Assembly (NCBI RefSeq): GCF_006345805.1
Contig: NC_043005.1
Location: 57,288,001 to 57,352,000, forward strand
DNA: 64,000 nt
Direction of reading: 5' to 3'
DNA from: Octopus sinensis
Taxonomy: Eukaryota
The notes below the pieces were generated by a model. The model was not told the DNA's origin. It worked only from the letters and a program-made list of their open reading frames with translations, and did no database searches. A program made the translations under genes and the position numbers. Positions 62,086 to 64,000 of this stretch are shown here, one piece after another; the stretch's first letter is position 1; each line of letters opens with the position of its first letter.

Positions 62086-63474
62086 GTAATATATATATAT
62101 ATATGTGTATATATATTATATATATATGTATATATTATATATATATGTATATATATATATATATATTTAGATATATATATATATATCTGTATATATTATA
62201 TGTATATGTATGTATATATATATGTATATGTATGTATATATAATGTATATGTATGTATATATATGATATATATGTATAGTATGTATATATATATGTATAT
62301 ATATGTATATATATATATATGTATGTGCGTGTTGTTTGGTGTCTGTGTTGCCCCCTAGCATTTCTTGACAACCGATGCTGGTGTGTTTACGTCCCCGTCA
62401 CTTAGTGGTTCGGCAAAAGAGACCGATAGAATAAGCACTGGGCTTACAAAGAATAAGTCCCGGTGTCGATTTGCTCGACTAAAGGCAGTGCTCCAGCATG
62501 GCCGCTGTCAACTGACTGAAACAAGTAAAAGAGTAAATATAAATCTTGTACTTAAAATCATCTTCTTTTGCCAAAGCACTTTATCATGGAGATGTGAACC
62601 AACCAGTTCCAGTTGTCAAATGATGGAGGGAGTGTCACGTGCATACAAGCACACATGCTTGCACCCCCTCCCCCCACACACCCCACACAAGCTACCACAC
62701 TTTTTCCATCTACCATATTCGCTTATAAGGGATTGATCAGCCTAGAGCCATAGTAGAAGACACTTGTTCAAGGTGCCACTCAGTGGGATTGATCCCTAAA
62801 CCGTGTTTGCTAAGCAATCTTCTCAACCACACAGCCATACCTGTGCCTAATTTTTCATCTTGATCACTTATATCTCTTTGTTTAAAAAATAAATTACAAA
62901 GCTGGTGAATTTTCATTCCTTGCCACACTCTTTCCATTTTATGTCCCCCCTTTCAGTTACATGTGATTATTTTCTAAGTTGGTTATGGAAATGGCATATA
63001 TAATCGGTTACATCATTGTGTAATCTATCGACTGATTGAACAGTGTTTGGAATATTAGCATCTTGTTTTTGTTATTGTTTCTGTTAGATTAGTTGTTTTT
63101 CTAACAGCTTTCTTTCGGTATAATTAATTACTTAGTAAAACAGTAGAATACAAGGAATCTTAGTGATGGCCTTGTCTGGCAACAGAAACAATAGAAATAG
63201 TTCAAACAGTGAAATAAATCACTTTGGACATATGTCTTTCTTCTGAAGCAGAAAATATCTGGAAGTGCTTTTTGTCCTATTGAGCTGTGGAGAGAGAGAG
63301 AGAGAGAGAGAGAGACCAGTGTGGTGTACAATGGCAGAGGAAATAAACTTTGAGGGAGGGGTGGTTATTTGTACCAAAATGCAGATCATGTGAACTGATT
63401 GAGGGGAGTGGAGAGCCAGGCCATGTTATGCCTGACTGTCTCTCTGCCTGTCTGCCAGTCAGTCTGTCAGTCTG

Positions 63475-63885
63475 TCATCATCATCATTTAATGTCCAGTC
63501 TCCATGCTGGCATGGGTTGGCTGGTTTGATATGGAGCTGGCTAGCAGAGAGCTGTCTGGACTCCAACTGTCTGTTGTTGGCATGGTTTCTACAGCTAGGT
63601 GCCATTCTTAATGCCAACCAGTTGACATTGTGCACAGTACTTTATATGTGTCTCCATCATGGGTGTGTTTACACAGCACCGACATGGATGTGTTTATGCA
63701 GCACCAGCACGGGCGTGTTAATGCAGCACCGGCATGGGTGCTTTTAAGTGGCACCAGCACCTGGAAGGACAAGCCTGTATGTGTGGAAGACAGCGATTTT
63801 ACTTAGCTTGGCATGTCTTATCAAGTACAGCAAATCACATCTCGCAGCCCCCCTTGTCATTTCCTCAGTGAGGCCCAGTGTCCTA
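63475..63885 (-). mobile_element. 5'-truncated RTE 3' end with short tandem units in the UTR
   Basis: RTLGLTEEMT ORF-end motif, four ~24-bp repeats at ~63650-63760, family C tail. Confidence 0.8.
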
Positions 63886-64000
63886 CATCTGCCCCCCCCC
63901 TACACGCACACAATGCACTCATAATTAGTTGAGAAGTAACGGTAATGTTTCAAAGTAGAGGGTGTTAAGTAGAGGCTGGTGTGTTTTGCCTCTCTGGATT

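Larger units (their letters stand above)
57752..62537 (+). mobile_element. SINE family A split into a 5' half (57752-57915) and a 3' half (62322-62537) by expanded (TA)n and a LINE insertion
   Basis: The halves are colinear with 25908-26337. In that intact copy the break corresponds to the internal TA/TG tract. Confidence 0.88.

Noticed and set aside
4370-62850. Apparent minus-strand excess of SINE A copies (about 18 versus 9 by my rough count)
   Set aside because: Fragment counting by eye is unreliable and LINEs show no such bias, so it is too weak to infer host-gene orientation.

Overview
AT-rich, microsatellite-dense eukaryotic DNA, very probably from an octopus or other cephalopod (inferred from the SINE families, the (TA)n/(CA)n load and the RTE/CR1 families; not checked against a database). 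No host protein-coding exon can be called with confidence, so the window looks intergenic or deep intronic, with one 100-N scaffold gap. Autonomous-type elements: an apparently full-length RTE LINE (-, 27378-32860), a 5'-truncated CR1/L2-type LINE nested inside a SINE (+, 59229-61728), a complete decayed mariner (53346-54639), an internally deleted maT-like element and L1/Tx1 remnants. Non-autonomous and tandem repeats: Helitron, piggyBac, mariner and hAT MITEs, several tRNA-headed SINE families and two strand-asymmetric satellites. Best leads: (1) a C4HC3 PHD-finger pattern inside the RTE reverse-transcriptase ORF; (2) an RTE ORF broken by 1-2 nt indels but no nonsense codons that I could find, so possibly intact in vivo, with a tandemly amplified 3' UTR; (3) a SINE and a CR1/L2 LINE sharing a 3' tail with a covarying stem-loop; (4) several minimal hammerhead-ribozyme-like motifs of Penelope pLTR type, some with non-canonical catalytic cores. 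All alignments and frame corrections were done by eye.
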